Below are positions 1 through 9,337 of a stretch of 52,665 nucleotides of DNA, in pieces; the stretch's first letter is position 1, and the number at the start of each line of letters is the position of its first letter. A program made the position numbers and the translations under genes. Source of the DNA: an uncultured Chloroflexia bacterium (lineage in GTDB: Bacteria > Chloroflexota > Anaerolineae > B4-G1 > SLSP01); NCBI GenBank assembly GCA_963751345.1, contig CAVVUS010000004.1, forward strand, positions 1 to 52,665, written 5' to 3'. The notes beneath the pieces are model-generated. The model was not told the DNA's origin. It searched no databases and saw nothing but the letters and a program-made list of their open reading frames with translations.

Positions 1-158
1 GCGCTGCAGCGCCCAATCTGATTGACAAGCCGCGAGTCCATGCTTTGATATCCCCAGCGAGCCACCAACAAAGTCGTACTGACGTTCTCCACGCCGCTTC
101 CTCCGGTTGGCTGGCCTGTTTCCCAGAGGCTCTACACAGTACAAAAGGAGAGCAACCG

Positions 159-1598
159 ATGTCAACGAGAGTTAGGCTACTGAGCGTCGCCCTGCTGATC
201 CTGATGATCCTCATCACCGGTGGGAGCGCGGTCGCACAAGGACCGGACGATCCCGCGCCGCTGGCTGCCCTAGGCGGGTCGGCCACTTATAGCTTCACCT
301 ATCAAGGCTATCTTGAGGATGGCGGCGCGCCCGCCAACGGCAGCTACGATTTCCTCTTCCGCGTCTTCGACAGCAGCGCCCCCGCCGCCAACCTGGTAGA
401 CACGCTCAACAGCTTCGTGCCCTTGACTGCCGTGGCGGTGGAGGATGGCCTCTTCAGCTTCAACCTCAAGCCGCAGAACAAGTCGATGAGTCAGGTCTTC
501 GACGGCGGCGAGCGCTGGATCGATGTGCGAGTCAGACCTGCGGGCGTGGGCAGCTATACGACGTTGCCCCGCCAGCCCATTGCCCCAGCACCCTACGCAT
601 GGAGCCTCGAGCCGGGCGCCGTCATCACCGGCACGATTCCTAACGGATCTGTGCTGACCGTCGGAAACGCCTACGACGCCGGGACCATCGGCTCGGCTAT
701 CTACGCTGAGAATCACGCGGACACTTCGCCGACGATCGCGGGGCGTCACTTCGGCGACGGCCCTGCCATCTACGGCTACGCCGAGGGTGTCTACCCTGCG
801 GTGGAGGGGCTGCGCAACGACGACGGCGTCGCCGTGGCGGGCTACGCGACGTCGGGGCAGGGAATCTTGGGTAGTGCGAGCACTACTGATGGCATCGGCG
901 TCGTCGGTGTGCAGAGCGGCTCTTCACCCTCCGACGTGGGCATATGGCGCCCGGGAGGGTACTTCGGCGGTCGCAATGGCGTGATCGGCGTCTCCAAGAC
1001 AACGGCGGCTACGGCGTCTATGGATCGAGTCAGTCAACGACCGGGGATTTGCTCCATTGGTGTTTATGGCGAGACGAGTTCGTCGACCGGATGGGCCGGG
1101 TCCTTCCGCAGCCCGGCTGGGAATGGCGTCTACATCAGTGTCCCTGTAGGTAAAGCCGGCCTGAATGTCGCTAACGGCACAAAGAACGCCGTGGTGCGCA
1201 CCGAGGACGGTGCGCGCCTGCTCTACACCGAGGAATCGACCGAAGTCTGGTTCACCGACTACGGTTTCGGCACGCTGGAGTCTGGGACAACGACCATATC
1301 CATCGATCCCATCTTCGCGCAGACGGTCAACCTCGACGAACCCTACCACGTCTTCGTAGAGCCCTACGGACCGGCGTCGCTCTACGTCACCGATCGCACC
1401 GCGACGAGCTTCACCGTCCGGTCACGCGAATGAAGTGACCCCGACGTGGAGTTCTCCTACCGCATCGTCGCTAAGCGCCTGGGCTTCGAAGGCGACCGCC
1501 TTGAACGTGCCCCGTGGGCCGAGGGCGATCCCAACCTCTATCCTGAGAAGGCTGGGCTGGCACAGCCAGGTCAGCAGCAGAACGGCGGCACGCCGTGA
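159..1598 (+). CDS. Secreted fibre/adhesin-like protein with phage-tail-like C-terminal domain (interrupted in this sequence)
   Basis: AAGGAG RBS then ATG159 and a signal peptide (MSTRVRLLSVALLIL...AVA). N-terminal FTYQGYL..PANGSYDFLF domain, then Gly-rich GVYG/GIGVVG repeats, then a C-terminal ESTEVWFTDYG...YHVFVEPYG..LYV domain. After the in-frame TGA at 1431-1433 the same frame continues SDPDVEFSYRIVAKRLGF to TGA1598. Probable compensating frameshifts near 998-1050, where another frame reads NGGYGVYGSSQSTT. Confidence 0.75.
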
Positions 1599-1855
1599 CC
1601 AGGCGGGCAATCCTCCTTGCGATTCTGGTCATCCTGATCGCTGTCGGGGGCGTAGCGGCGGCACTGCCGCCCGAGATTCCTCGCTACGTCATCGGCGCGG
1701 GAGGAGGCCTGAGCGAGGCCGGCGCCTTCCGCCTTTACGCCACCGTGGGCCAAGGCGTGGTTGGACCTACGAGCGGTGGGGCGACGGATCTCTGCGCCGG
1801 GTTCTGGTGCGGGCTGGCACGCTACAATGTCTATCTCCCTATAGTGCTTCATTAG
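1595..1855 (+). CDS. Small secreted Gly-rich protein with C-terminal YLPIV motif
   Basis: GTG start overlaps the upstream TGA (GTGA). Signal peptide, then VIGAGGG.S..G.F.L.ATVGQ...GFW, ending VYLPIVLH. Confidence 0.8.
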   Translation: MTRRAILLAILVILIAVGGVAAALPPEIPRYVIGAGGGLSEAGAFRLYATVGQGVVGPTSGGATDLCAGFWCGLARYNVYLPIVLH

Positions 1856-1893
1856 CAGGCATGCCGTAGGGACAGATTCACCGACGATCGCGG

Positions 1894-2730
1894 TCAACGA
1901 GCGACGGTCGCTGAATCCGGAGATGCGGGTAGAAACACTTCCGGTTCCTTGCGGACGCCGTAGTCGGCCGCCAGCCACCGCGCCGTGCGCAGGATGCCCT
2001 CGTCCTCCATCACCCGCGCTCCATTGGGGCAGGCCTTGATACACGCGCAGCAGAGGGTGCACGCTCGGCGATCTGTGACAACCGTGTCGCCCACCGTGAT
2101 GGCGCCCACGGGACAGACATCGGTGCAGATGCCGCAGCGCGTACAGAGATCGGGCAGCGTCGATGGGAGCTACGTCGCTCTGCTGATGTCCGACGCGATA
2201 GGGGCGATGGCCGGGCACGGCTAGGGGTGGCAGCGACTCGCGGGACCCGAGACTACGGAGTTTCGAACCGATGGTCTGCCCGAAGGCAGTGGCCCGCGCC
2301 AGATCCTGGGCATCGGGACGCCCGAGCGCGATAGGAAAGGCATCCGTAGCATAGGAGTGCTCGCCGATGAAGGCAGCCGCCGCAACAGGCAGAAACCCAG
2401 TCGACGGCGGCCAGATCGGACAGCTCCAGCAGCGCGTCCTCAAAAGCCCGATTGCCATAGACCACGACGAGCACCGCCGGCGTCCCCCACCCCCGAACGC
2501 GCCGAAGCCGATCGAGTCGCCGTCGCGGCGATCCGTCCGGCGTAGACCGGCGCACCGAGGAGCACAAGGTCGTCCTGCGATTGCGGCACCGAGCGTGTCT
2601 TCGCGTCCGGGAGCGTGAGATCCACATCGGTCAGCGTTCGGGCACCCACGCCCTCTGCGATGGCTGCCAATACGCGCTGCGTGGTGCGCGTGGGCGAGTA
2701 GTAGGCCAGACTCACGGAGTGCAGGTCCAT
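1894..2730 (-). CDS. Flavodoxin-like plus 2x[4Fe-4S] ferredoxin protein (EFR1-type), frameshifted
   Basis: Pieces in three frames join up: YYSPTRTT, GAPVYAGR, VVVYGNRAFEDALLEL, FIGEHSY, CTRCGICTDVCP, CTLCCACIKACP. AAGGAG RBS before ATG2730. Confidence 0.8.
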
Positions 2731-2818
2731 ACCGGCTCCTTTCCCGCATAGGTACCTGCGGTGGCACCGAGGTTCTTCGCGTCAGGTGAGCTTCCGCAGG
2801 TGCGCTGCCCGCTGACGT

Positions 2819-4180
2819 TCACTCATACTTCAGAGCTTCGATCGGGCTCAAGCGGGCGGCCCGGCTCGCGGGGTAGGCCCCCGAGAGGATGCCAACGATC
2901 GCCGCGAAGACGATGGCAAAGAGGGGAAGCCAGAGCGGCGTATACGCGATCGAGAGTGAGGCGCCCGGACCGAAGATCTCACCCTGTTGCTGGAGGACAC
3001 TCCTACTGATAAGGTTGACGATCCCGTTCAGCGCCATACCTACGGCCACACCGCCGATGCCGCCCAACAAACCAATTCCGCTGGCCTCGGCTAGGAAGAC
3101 CACCATGACGTCCCGGTTCGATGCCCCAATAGCCTTCATCAGCCCGATCTCGCGCGTGCGCTCGAGAATCGCCATCAGCATCGTATTGGCGATACCAAAG
3201 GCCGCCACCAACAGCGCAATGGCGCCAATGCCACCCAGGATGGCCTGGAGCACACGAAAGAAGGAATTCGCCTGCTCCACCTGCTGCCGCTGCGATTGCA
3301 CCATGAACCCCATCGCACCGATCTCCTGCTCCGCCGCCAGGGTCTCACGCCGGCTCGTCGTCTGGACCACCACCTCGTCATAGCCATCGCGCTCGGGGTC
3401 GAGGCGCTGCCCCAGCGCCCAACTGTTGTAGGCAATCACGTCACGCAGTGGCGCATATACGACGTAATCGTGCTGCCAACCGACGGGTGCCAAGATCCCG
3501 ACAACCTGGAAGCGCACGGACTTCTCAGCCATCGTGCCATCCTCCTGGCTGAAGCGCTGAAGCTGCATCTGGATCATCTGGAGATAGAGGTCCGGTATCT
3601 GAACGTCGCCCGGGTTAGCGACGACGACGACCCCAGCCCGGGTGCCCCCCTTCATCTCCTCGAAGTCACGGAAGTTCTCGGGTACCTTGGCGCCGATGAC
3701 GACCTGCCCACTGTGAATCTCCGTGGTTCCCTCCGACACCACGAGATCCGCCAGCATGGCCGGATCAACCCCGATGATCTGGGCGTAGGCACTCAGCTGC
3801 CCGAAACTCATTTGGGCACCCATCTGGAGGTTCTGCATCGGGTAGACCGCCTCGACACTCGGAAGCGCCCGAATCTCGTCCAGCATCTCGGCGTCAAGCC
3901 GCGGCGCATCGCTGCGCTGCTGCGTCGCCACGCTGACGCCCCCACCGGGCACAGCCACGGCCATGGCCGGGCCCTCCTGAACGGTGCTGACCCGCAGCTC
4001 CGTGAGCCCACCACCTGAACCCAGGCTCTGCGTTGCCTCCCGCTGCAAGCCGGCCCCCAGTGAGACGAGGACGACGACAGCCGCCGTGCCGATCACGACG
4101 CCCAACGCCGTCATGATCACGCGGCCCTTCATGCGCCTGAGGTTGCTGATGACAAGCCCCGCCAGGTCACGCAGGGTCAT
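2819..4180 (-). CDS. MacB/FtsX-family ABC transporter permease
   Basis: N-terminal TM, large extracytoplasmic domain, GIANTMLMAILERTREIGLMKAIGA and YPASRAARLSPIEALKYE motifs. Confidence 0.95.
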   Translation of the reverse strand: MTLRDLAGLVISNLRRMKGRVIMTALGVVIGTAAVVVLVSLGAGLQREATQSLGSGGGLTELRVSTVQEGPAMAVAVPGGGVSVATQQRSDAPRLDAEMLDEIRALPSVEAVYPMQNLQMGAQMSFGQLSAYAQIIGVDPAMLADLVVSEGTTEIHSGQVVIGAKVPENFRDFEEMKGGTRAGVVVVANPGDVQIPDLYLQMIQMQLQRFSQEDGTMAEKSVRFQVVGILAPVGWQHDYVVYAPLRDVIAYNSWALGQRLDPERDGYDEVVVQTTSRRETLAAEQEIGAMGFMVQSQRQQVEQANSFFRVLQAILGGIGAIALLVAAFGIANTMLMAILERTREIGLMKAIGASNRDVMVVFLAEASGIGLLGGIGGVAVGMALNGIVNLISRSVLQQQGEIFGPGASLSIAYTPLWLPLFAIVFAAIVGILSGAYPASRAARLSPIEALKYE

Positions 4181-4195
4181 GGTTGCCTCAACCGC

Positions 4196-6150
4196 CTAAC
4201 TTCCCAAGCCGAAGAAACCCCTGATCGCCCTGCCGATCTTCTGCAGCAGCGTCTCCGGAGCCGCTTCCCCGACGTCGCCGGAGCCGGGCATCTGGCTGCC
4301 GGGAACCTGATCTTCGACACCCCCAGTCACCTCGACGGACAGGGTCTGGCTGACGACCCGCGTCTGGTTAAAGTCGTCACGATAGCTGACCGCAACCACG
4401 AGCTCCGCCGTCCCCGCCTCCCGCGACGTCACCGAGAGATCAATCGGAACCGAGCCGCCCGGGTCCAACGGCCCCACGAAGGGCAGCCCCTCCGACTGCA
4501 CGTCCATCTGTGGACTGGCTGAGGTGATCTCCGTGATGTCGACGGCACTACGGCCGACGTTCACCAGCTCCAGGGAGAGCTGGCCCGGCATCCCCACCAT
4601 CAACAGATCGGGCGGCCTATAGAAGCTGGTCTGTAACTCGGGGCGCTCCCGCACAATCAGGCTGAGACGCTGGATCTCCTGGTGGCGCGACGCCCGGGGA
4701 TCGTCGTAGGCGAGCTCGATCGGCAGGCTGTAAGCCTTCGTCTCGGCTGAGCCGTCCACCAGCAATTGGTGCGAGATCTCCACGACTTCGCCCATCGGGA
4801 TGAGATCGACGAAGATCACGTTACCCGAGTTAAGCGGCACGAACGGCGCCAGGCTCGCGCCTCCCTCACCGCCGAGGGAAAGGGTTACACGCTCGGCATT
4901 GCCGCCGCCGACGTTCGCCACACGCACGGTCAACGTCATCGTATCGCCCGGCGCGATAAAGTCCGGCGAGGTGCTGTAGGCCTCGATGATCAGCTGCGGC
5001 TGCTTGACCAGGCTCGTATTCACATCCACGCCGATCGCCCCCTGGTCGCTGTACCCGCCACCGTTATAGTCGCTATAGGCCAGCGCGATGGGCATGCTCT
5101 GCCGCCCTCCGGTCTCCAGGGCGCCAAGCACCAGCGGCAGCGTGACGGTGACCGCCTCGTCGATGCGGATGACCTCGGCGTAGACCGTGTCACTGCCACT
5201 CGCCGGGATCGCCATGTCGCTCGATGCGACGGTGGCAAAGACGTTGACCGCCGTGCGGCTGCCACGGTTGGCCAATCGAAGGGTAAGCGAGAACGGCTCG
5301 CCAGGAACCAGGACCGCCGGCACAGTATCAGCGTGCTCGATCACGACTTTGGGCTTGCCGGTGAACTCCCCGGTGCTCGCGCCGACCACCTCCACCGGGA
5401 TCGTGGTCGGGAACTTGTAGTTGTTACCCTCCCAATCGTTCGCCTCCAGCTGGACGTTGAGCTGATGGACGCCGTTGCCGATGGAGGCCGGCGCACGCAT
5501 CTTCTGGGTGACGACGACTGTCGCATTGATCGGCAGTTGCCAGAGCTGGTGTCCCTTGTCGTCCAGGGGCAGGAAGGTGCCGCCGGGAAAGATGACCAAC
5601 GTGTTCTCCCCTGCACGGCTGCCGTTGTTGTAGAGCTCGATGGAGACCGTGAACTCCTGCCCAGGCTTCACCTGCGCGGGCTCGACGGTATAGTTGCGGA
5701 TCGTCAGGATCGGCTGTCCGGGTCGCGGCGGGGCCGAAGTCGCGGGCGGCGACGTGGGCTTCGGCGTAGGCGTTGCCGCGATGACCGCCAGCGCCTGGCT
5801 CAAGAGGTCGATAGCAGCCCCGTCGCTGACGCTCACATCATACGTAGCCACGGGGACCGATGCCGGCACTTGCGCTGTGAGCGCCGTCTCGTTGACGTAC
5901 GAGGTCGCCAGCAGGCCATATCCGATCAAGCGCACCACGGTCGCGGATGTAAAGCCGGTGCCGTAAACGCTGAGGGTTCCCCCGATCCCCGACACGAGCG
6001 TGCCCGGCTCCACCCCGACAATGTCAAGCGGGGCAGCGGGCGACGTCGTCGCTGTGGGCGTGCTCCCCGCTTGCGACCAGCACGGTCGTGAGGCGCCGCC
6101 AGGAGAAGGAGTAGACAGCCAAAGAGTGCCGCAACCGCAATTCTTCTCAT
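4196..6150 (-). CDS. Secreted multi-Ig-like (IPT/TIG plus CARDB, COG1361-like) protein; frameshift near N-terminus
   Basis: Signal peptide from ATG6150 (MRRIAVAALFGCLLLL) shifts into the frame of ORF 4196..6013. TIG-like start (LSVYGTGF), Pro/Thr linker, and repeated PGxxFxLTxxLxNxG...A.N modules. Confidence 0.8.
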
Positions 6151-6169
6151 AACCTGCCCTTCAAGGTTG

Positions 6170-6248
6170 AGGTTCGTAGTAACGACTTCAGTCGTTCCGG
6201 TGTCTTACAAGTCGGTGGCAGAACCGATGAACCGGTTACTACGAACCT
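6170..6248. repeat. REPIN-like inverted pair of GTAG-type REP sequences
   Basis: Perfect 14-bp inverted repeat AGGTTCGTAGTAAC / GTTACTACGAACCT. Each arm is GTAG plus an internal hairpin (AACGACT-TC-AGTCGTT on plus; AACCGGT-TC-ATCGGTT on minus). Confidence 0.75.
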
Positions 6249-6261
6249 ACTTGACTGACGA

Positions 6262-6969
6262 CTAAGCAGCGTCCAGCAGCCTTCCGTCCAGCAGATGCAA
6301 CGCGCGAGTAGCGTAGGACGAGACTGCAGGGTCGTGCGAGACGGTGATGATGGTACGGCCCTCCTCCTGATTGAGGCGCGCCAGCAACTGCATGATCACC
6401 CCGCCCGACTCGGTGTCAAGATTGCCGGTCGGCTCGTCGGCTAGAATGATCTTGGGATCGTTGACCAAAGCGCGGGCGATGGCAACGCGCTGCTGCTGCC
6501 CGCCGGATAGCTCCGTCGGCTTGTGCCCCACGCGATCTCCCAATCCCACCAGGTCCAGCAGTCGCATTGCCCGCGGTTCTCGCTCGGATGAAGGGACCTG
6601 GGCGAAGATCATAGGAAAGAGGACGTTCTGCAGCGCCGTCATCGTCGGAATCAGAAAGAAAGACTGGAAGACGAAACCGATCTCACGACGGCGGTATTCG
6701 GCCAGCGCGTTTTCGTCCAGTTCCACGATCTCCCGACCATCCACCCAGATCTCACCGGCGGTGGGCCGGTCGAGACCGCCGAGCAAGTAAAGCAGCGTCG
6801 ATTTTCCCGAGCCCGAGGGCCCCATCACCGCCAGGAACTCGCCGGCATCCACCGAGGCCGTGACGCCGGCCACGGCACGGACGGTCTGGTCTCCCATCTG
6901 GAAATCGCGGTGCAGGTCCTCAATGCGGATCAACGGATCAACCAACGCCCGGCCTCCTGTCTCGGCCAC
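6262..6969 (-). CDS. ABC transporter ATP-binding protein (LolD/MacB type)
   Basis: GPSGSGKST, LSGGQQQRVAIARAL, ILADEPTGNLD, VSHD. Confidence 0.96.
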   Translation of the reverse strand: MAETGGRALVDPLIRIEDLHRDFQMGDQTVRAVAGVTASVDAGEFLAVMGPSGSGKSTLLYLLGGLDRPTAGEIWVDGREIVELDENALAEYRRREIGFVFQSFFLIPTMTALQNVLFPMIFAQVPSSEREPRAMRLLDLVGLGDRVGHKPTELSGGQQQRVAIARALVNDPKIILADEPTGNLDTESGGVIMQLLARLNQEEGRTIITVSHDPAVSSYATRALHLLDGRLLDAA

Positions 6970-7007
6970 GTCCCACGAAAGCCATCGCCTCCGACCGGCA
7001 GCGGCAC

Positions 7008-7814
7008 CTAAAAGAGGCTCAGCCCCTGATTCAGTCCGATCAGCGCAGGCAGAAGGCCCAACAATGCGAAAAGAACCCAGATGACCAACGTGCCAATCGT
7101 CGCCTTCGCGCGGGAGAGACGGGCGAGCGCGGTGACGCCCAACACAAGCAGCGCCAGGTTCCAGACCGTGTAGACGTCAACGCGGGCCAGCAGGGCACTG
7201 AGCACCTGCGCACCGCGCGCCGGCGGCACATAGGACCGAAAGCCTACGGCAGGTGGTAACGGCGCGTGATCGAGCACCAGCCCCGAGAGCCCCTGGTTGT
7301 AGATGGGGTCGTGGGTCACAGCGGTATAGACGGCCTGGATCACATTGCGAACGACGAACGGCATCCACGACCACGCGACCATGGCAAAGAACCCGCCGAA
7401 GTGTGCACCGTTCTGACCCAGAAACGTAGTCGCCAGATAGAGCAATCCGGCCCACGCCAGCCAGGCAATAAGCGTGCCCACGACCCGACCCGCGACGGCC
7501 AAGCCGGTCGTGAGCATTGAGGGCGCCGATGGCGCCGGCGAAGCGGGCACCGGCCCTTGTACCACCACCCCGCCCTTCACGACCGTACTGCTCTGCACGG
7601 AGGTCTGCTGGCCGAAAAGGTATCCGACGTTTGCAGATGCGTAGGCGAAACCGCGAACGGTCAGCGCGGCGACCATCAACAGCGCAGCAACGCTCCACCA
7701 TCGTCGTCGGGCCCTGCCCAGATATGCCATCGTCGCTTGGGGCCGCAGTAGCACCCCCACGAGCACGTGCAGGGGACCTCTTCGCTCTTCTGCCACAGCC
7801 GTCGTCTGGGCCAT
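7008..7814 (-). CDS. Yip1-domain membrane protein
   Basis: GGTG RBS-like site before ATG7814. VLLRPQATM near the N-terminus and about five TM segments in a Yip1-like layout. First gene of the ABC operon. Confidence 0.75.
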   Translation of the reverse strand: MAQTTAVAEERRGPLHVLVGVLLRPQATMAYLGRARRRWWSVAALLMVAALTVRGFAYASANVGYLFGQQTSVQSSTVVKGGVVVQGPVPASPAPSAPSMLTTGLAVAGRVVGTLIAWLAWAGLLYLATTFLGQNGAHFGGFFAMVAWSWMPFVVRNVIQAVYTAVTHDPIYNQGLSGLVLDHAPLPPAVGFRSYVPPARGAQVLSALLARVDVYTVWNLALLVLGVTALARLSRAKATIGTLVIWVLFALLGLLPALIGLNQGLSLF

Positions 7815-7990
7815 ATCACCTCGCTGGATTGCCGATCGGAATCTAAGCATAGCCCAGGCACGCCGAAAAGTCCACCTCGCACATTCACCCGCATGCCAGG
7901 ACAGGTCGCGAGGCTCACGGGCCTTGCCTGTGGTATAATCGCTGCCGGCCTCCAAGAGACCACTACAATCCCGACCACTAGGAGGATCCG

Positions 7991-9196
7991 ATGGACGGCA
8001 GCAAAACACTCGCAGCAAGCGAAACAACAGGCCTCATCGACACCGCGTTCGACTTCGACACGGTCGTCGACCGTAGAGTCACCGATAGTGTGAAGTGGGG
8101 CATCTATGGCGAAGACGTCCTGCCGATGTGGGTCGCCGATATGGATTTTCTGTCCCCTCCGGCCGTGATTCGCGCTCTGCGTGAGCGTGCCGAACATGGC
8201 ATCTTCGGCTACGAACTCAGTCCGGGGCACCTGCCCGAACTGATCACCGAACGCCTCGCGAGACTCTATGACTGGTACGTCGAACCTGACGCCATCGTCT
8301 TTCTGCCCGGAATCGTCTCAGGCTTCAACGTGGCCACGCGCGCCTTCGTCAAGAAGGACGAGAGCGTGCTCATCCAGACCCCGGTCTACATGCACATCCT
8401 CCACGCAGCGAGAGACGCCGGTACCCAAGGCCGGGCCATGGAGCTGAGCCGCCAGCACGATGGCCGTTATGTCATCGACTTTGACAGATTCGAGCAGGCT
8501 TTCACGGATCAGACTCGCCTCTTCCTGCTCTGCAACCCGCACAATCCCGTGGGACGGGTCTTCTCCCAGGGTGAACTCGAACAGATGGCGGACCACTGCC
8601 TGCAGCACGAGGCCATCATCTGCTCCGACGAGATTCACGCCGACATCATCTTCAACGGGCACCGGCATATCCCAGTTGCCAGCCTCGATCCCGAGATCGA
8701 GGCCCGAACCATCACGTTGATGGCTCCCAGCAAGACCTTCAACGTCGCCGGTCTCCATTGTGGCTTCGCCGTCATCCCGAACCCCGACCTCCGACGCCAA
8801 TACGAACGGGGGCGAGGAGGGTTGGTAGGGGCACCCAATCTTATGGGATATGTCGCTGCCGAGGCAGCCTACGCTGAAGGTCAACCGTGGCTGTCGGCGC
8901 TGCTTCGTTATCTCGAAACCAACCGCAACGTGATGGCGACCTATCTAACGGACCATATGCCACAATTGAGGATGGCCTCACCCGAAGGCACATACCTTGC
9001 CTGGATCGACTGCCGTGAGGCAGACCTGGGGCCGTCGCCGGAGTCCTTCTTCCTCGAGAAGGGTGGCGTAGCGCTCAATGGCGGCGCTGCCTTCGGCCCA
9101 GGCGGAGACGGATTTGTACGCCTGAACTTTGGCTGCCCGCGGAGCCTCCTACTGGAGGGCCTTGCCCGGATGAAAATGGCGCTGGCAACCGGCTAG
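7991..9196 (+). CDS. patB: MalY/PatB-family PLP-dependent C-S lyase (cystathionine beta-lyase)
   Basis: LPMWVADMDF, LCNPHNPVGR, SDEIHAD, APSKTFN (PLP lysine), RLNFGCP. AGGAGG RBS and extended -10 TGGTATAAT at 7931-7939. Confidence 0.93.
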   Translation: MDGSKTLAASETTGLIDTAFDFDTVVDRRVTDSVKWGIYGEDVLPMWVADMDFLSPPAVIRALRERAEHGIFGYELSPGHLPELITERLARLYDWYVEPDAIVFLPGIVSGFNVATRAFVKKDESVLIQTPVYMHILHAARDAGTQGRAMELSRQHDGRYVIDFDRFEQAFTDQTRLFLLCNPHNPVGRVFSQGELEQMADHCLQHEAIICSDEIHADIIFNGHRHIPVASLDPEIEARTITLMAPSKTFNVAGLHCGFAVIPNPDLRRQYERGRGGLVGAPNLMGYVAAEAAYAEGQPWLSALLRYLETNRNVMATYLTDHMPQLRMASPEGTYLAWIDCREADLGPSPESFFLEKGGVALNGGAAFGPGGDGFVRLNFGCPRSLLLEGLARMKMALATG

Positions 9197-9337
9197 CAGT
9201 TGACGGCGGCGGCGGCCGGTGTATGGTAGTACAAACTGAGCCTCACGTTCGTTTGCACACACAGTGCACGGATGGAGACGCACTCACTGTACATTCGCAG
9301 AGGCTTCGTGGCAATGGTAAGTTTGGTGGAGTAGCAT

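Noticed and set aside
1431-1433. Alternative genetic code (UGA as Gly/Trp) or selenocysteine
   Set aside because: Many genes here end in TGA, including coupled GTGA overlaps. There is no Cys-type redox context and no convincing SECIS hairpin.
159-1598. Prophage tail module
   Set aside because: The protein has a signal peptide and no other phage genes are in view.
1571-2767. 398-aa ORF as a single gene
   Set aside because: Only its middle part is real (one frame of the frameshifted flavodoxin-ferredoxin). The remainder is antisense to 1595..1855 or out of frame.
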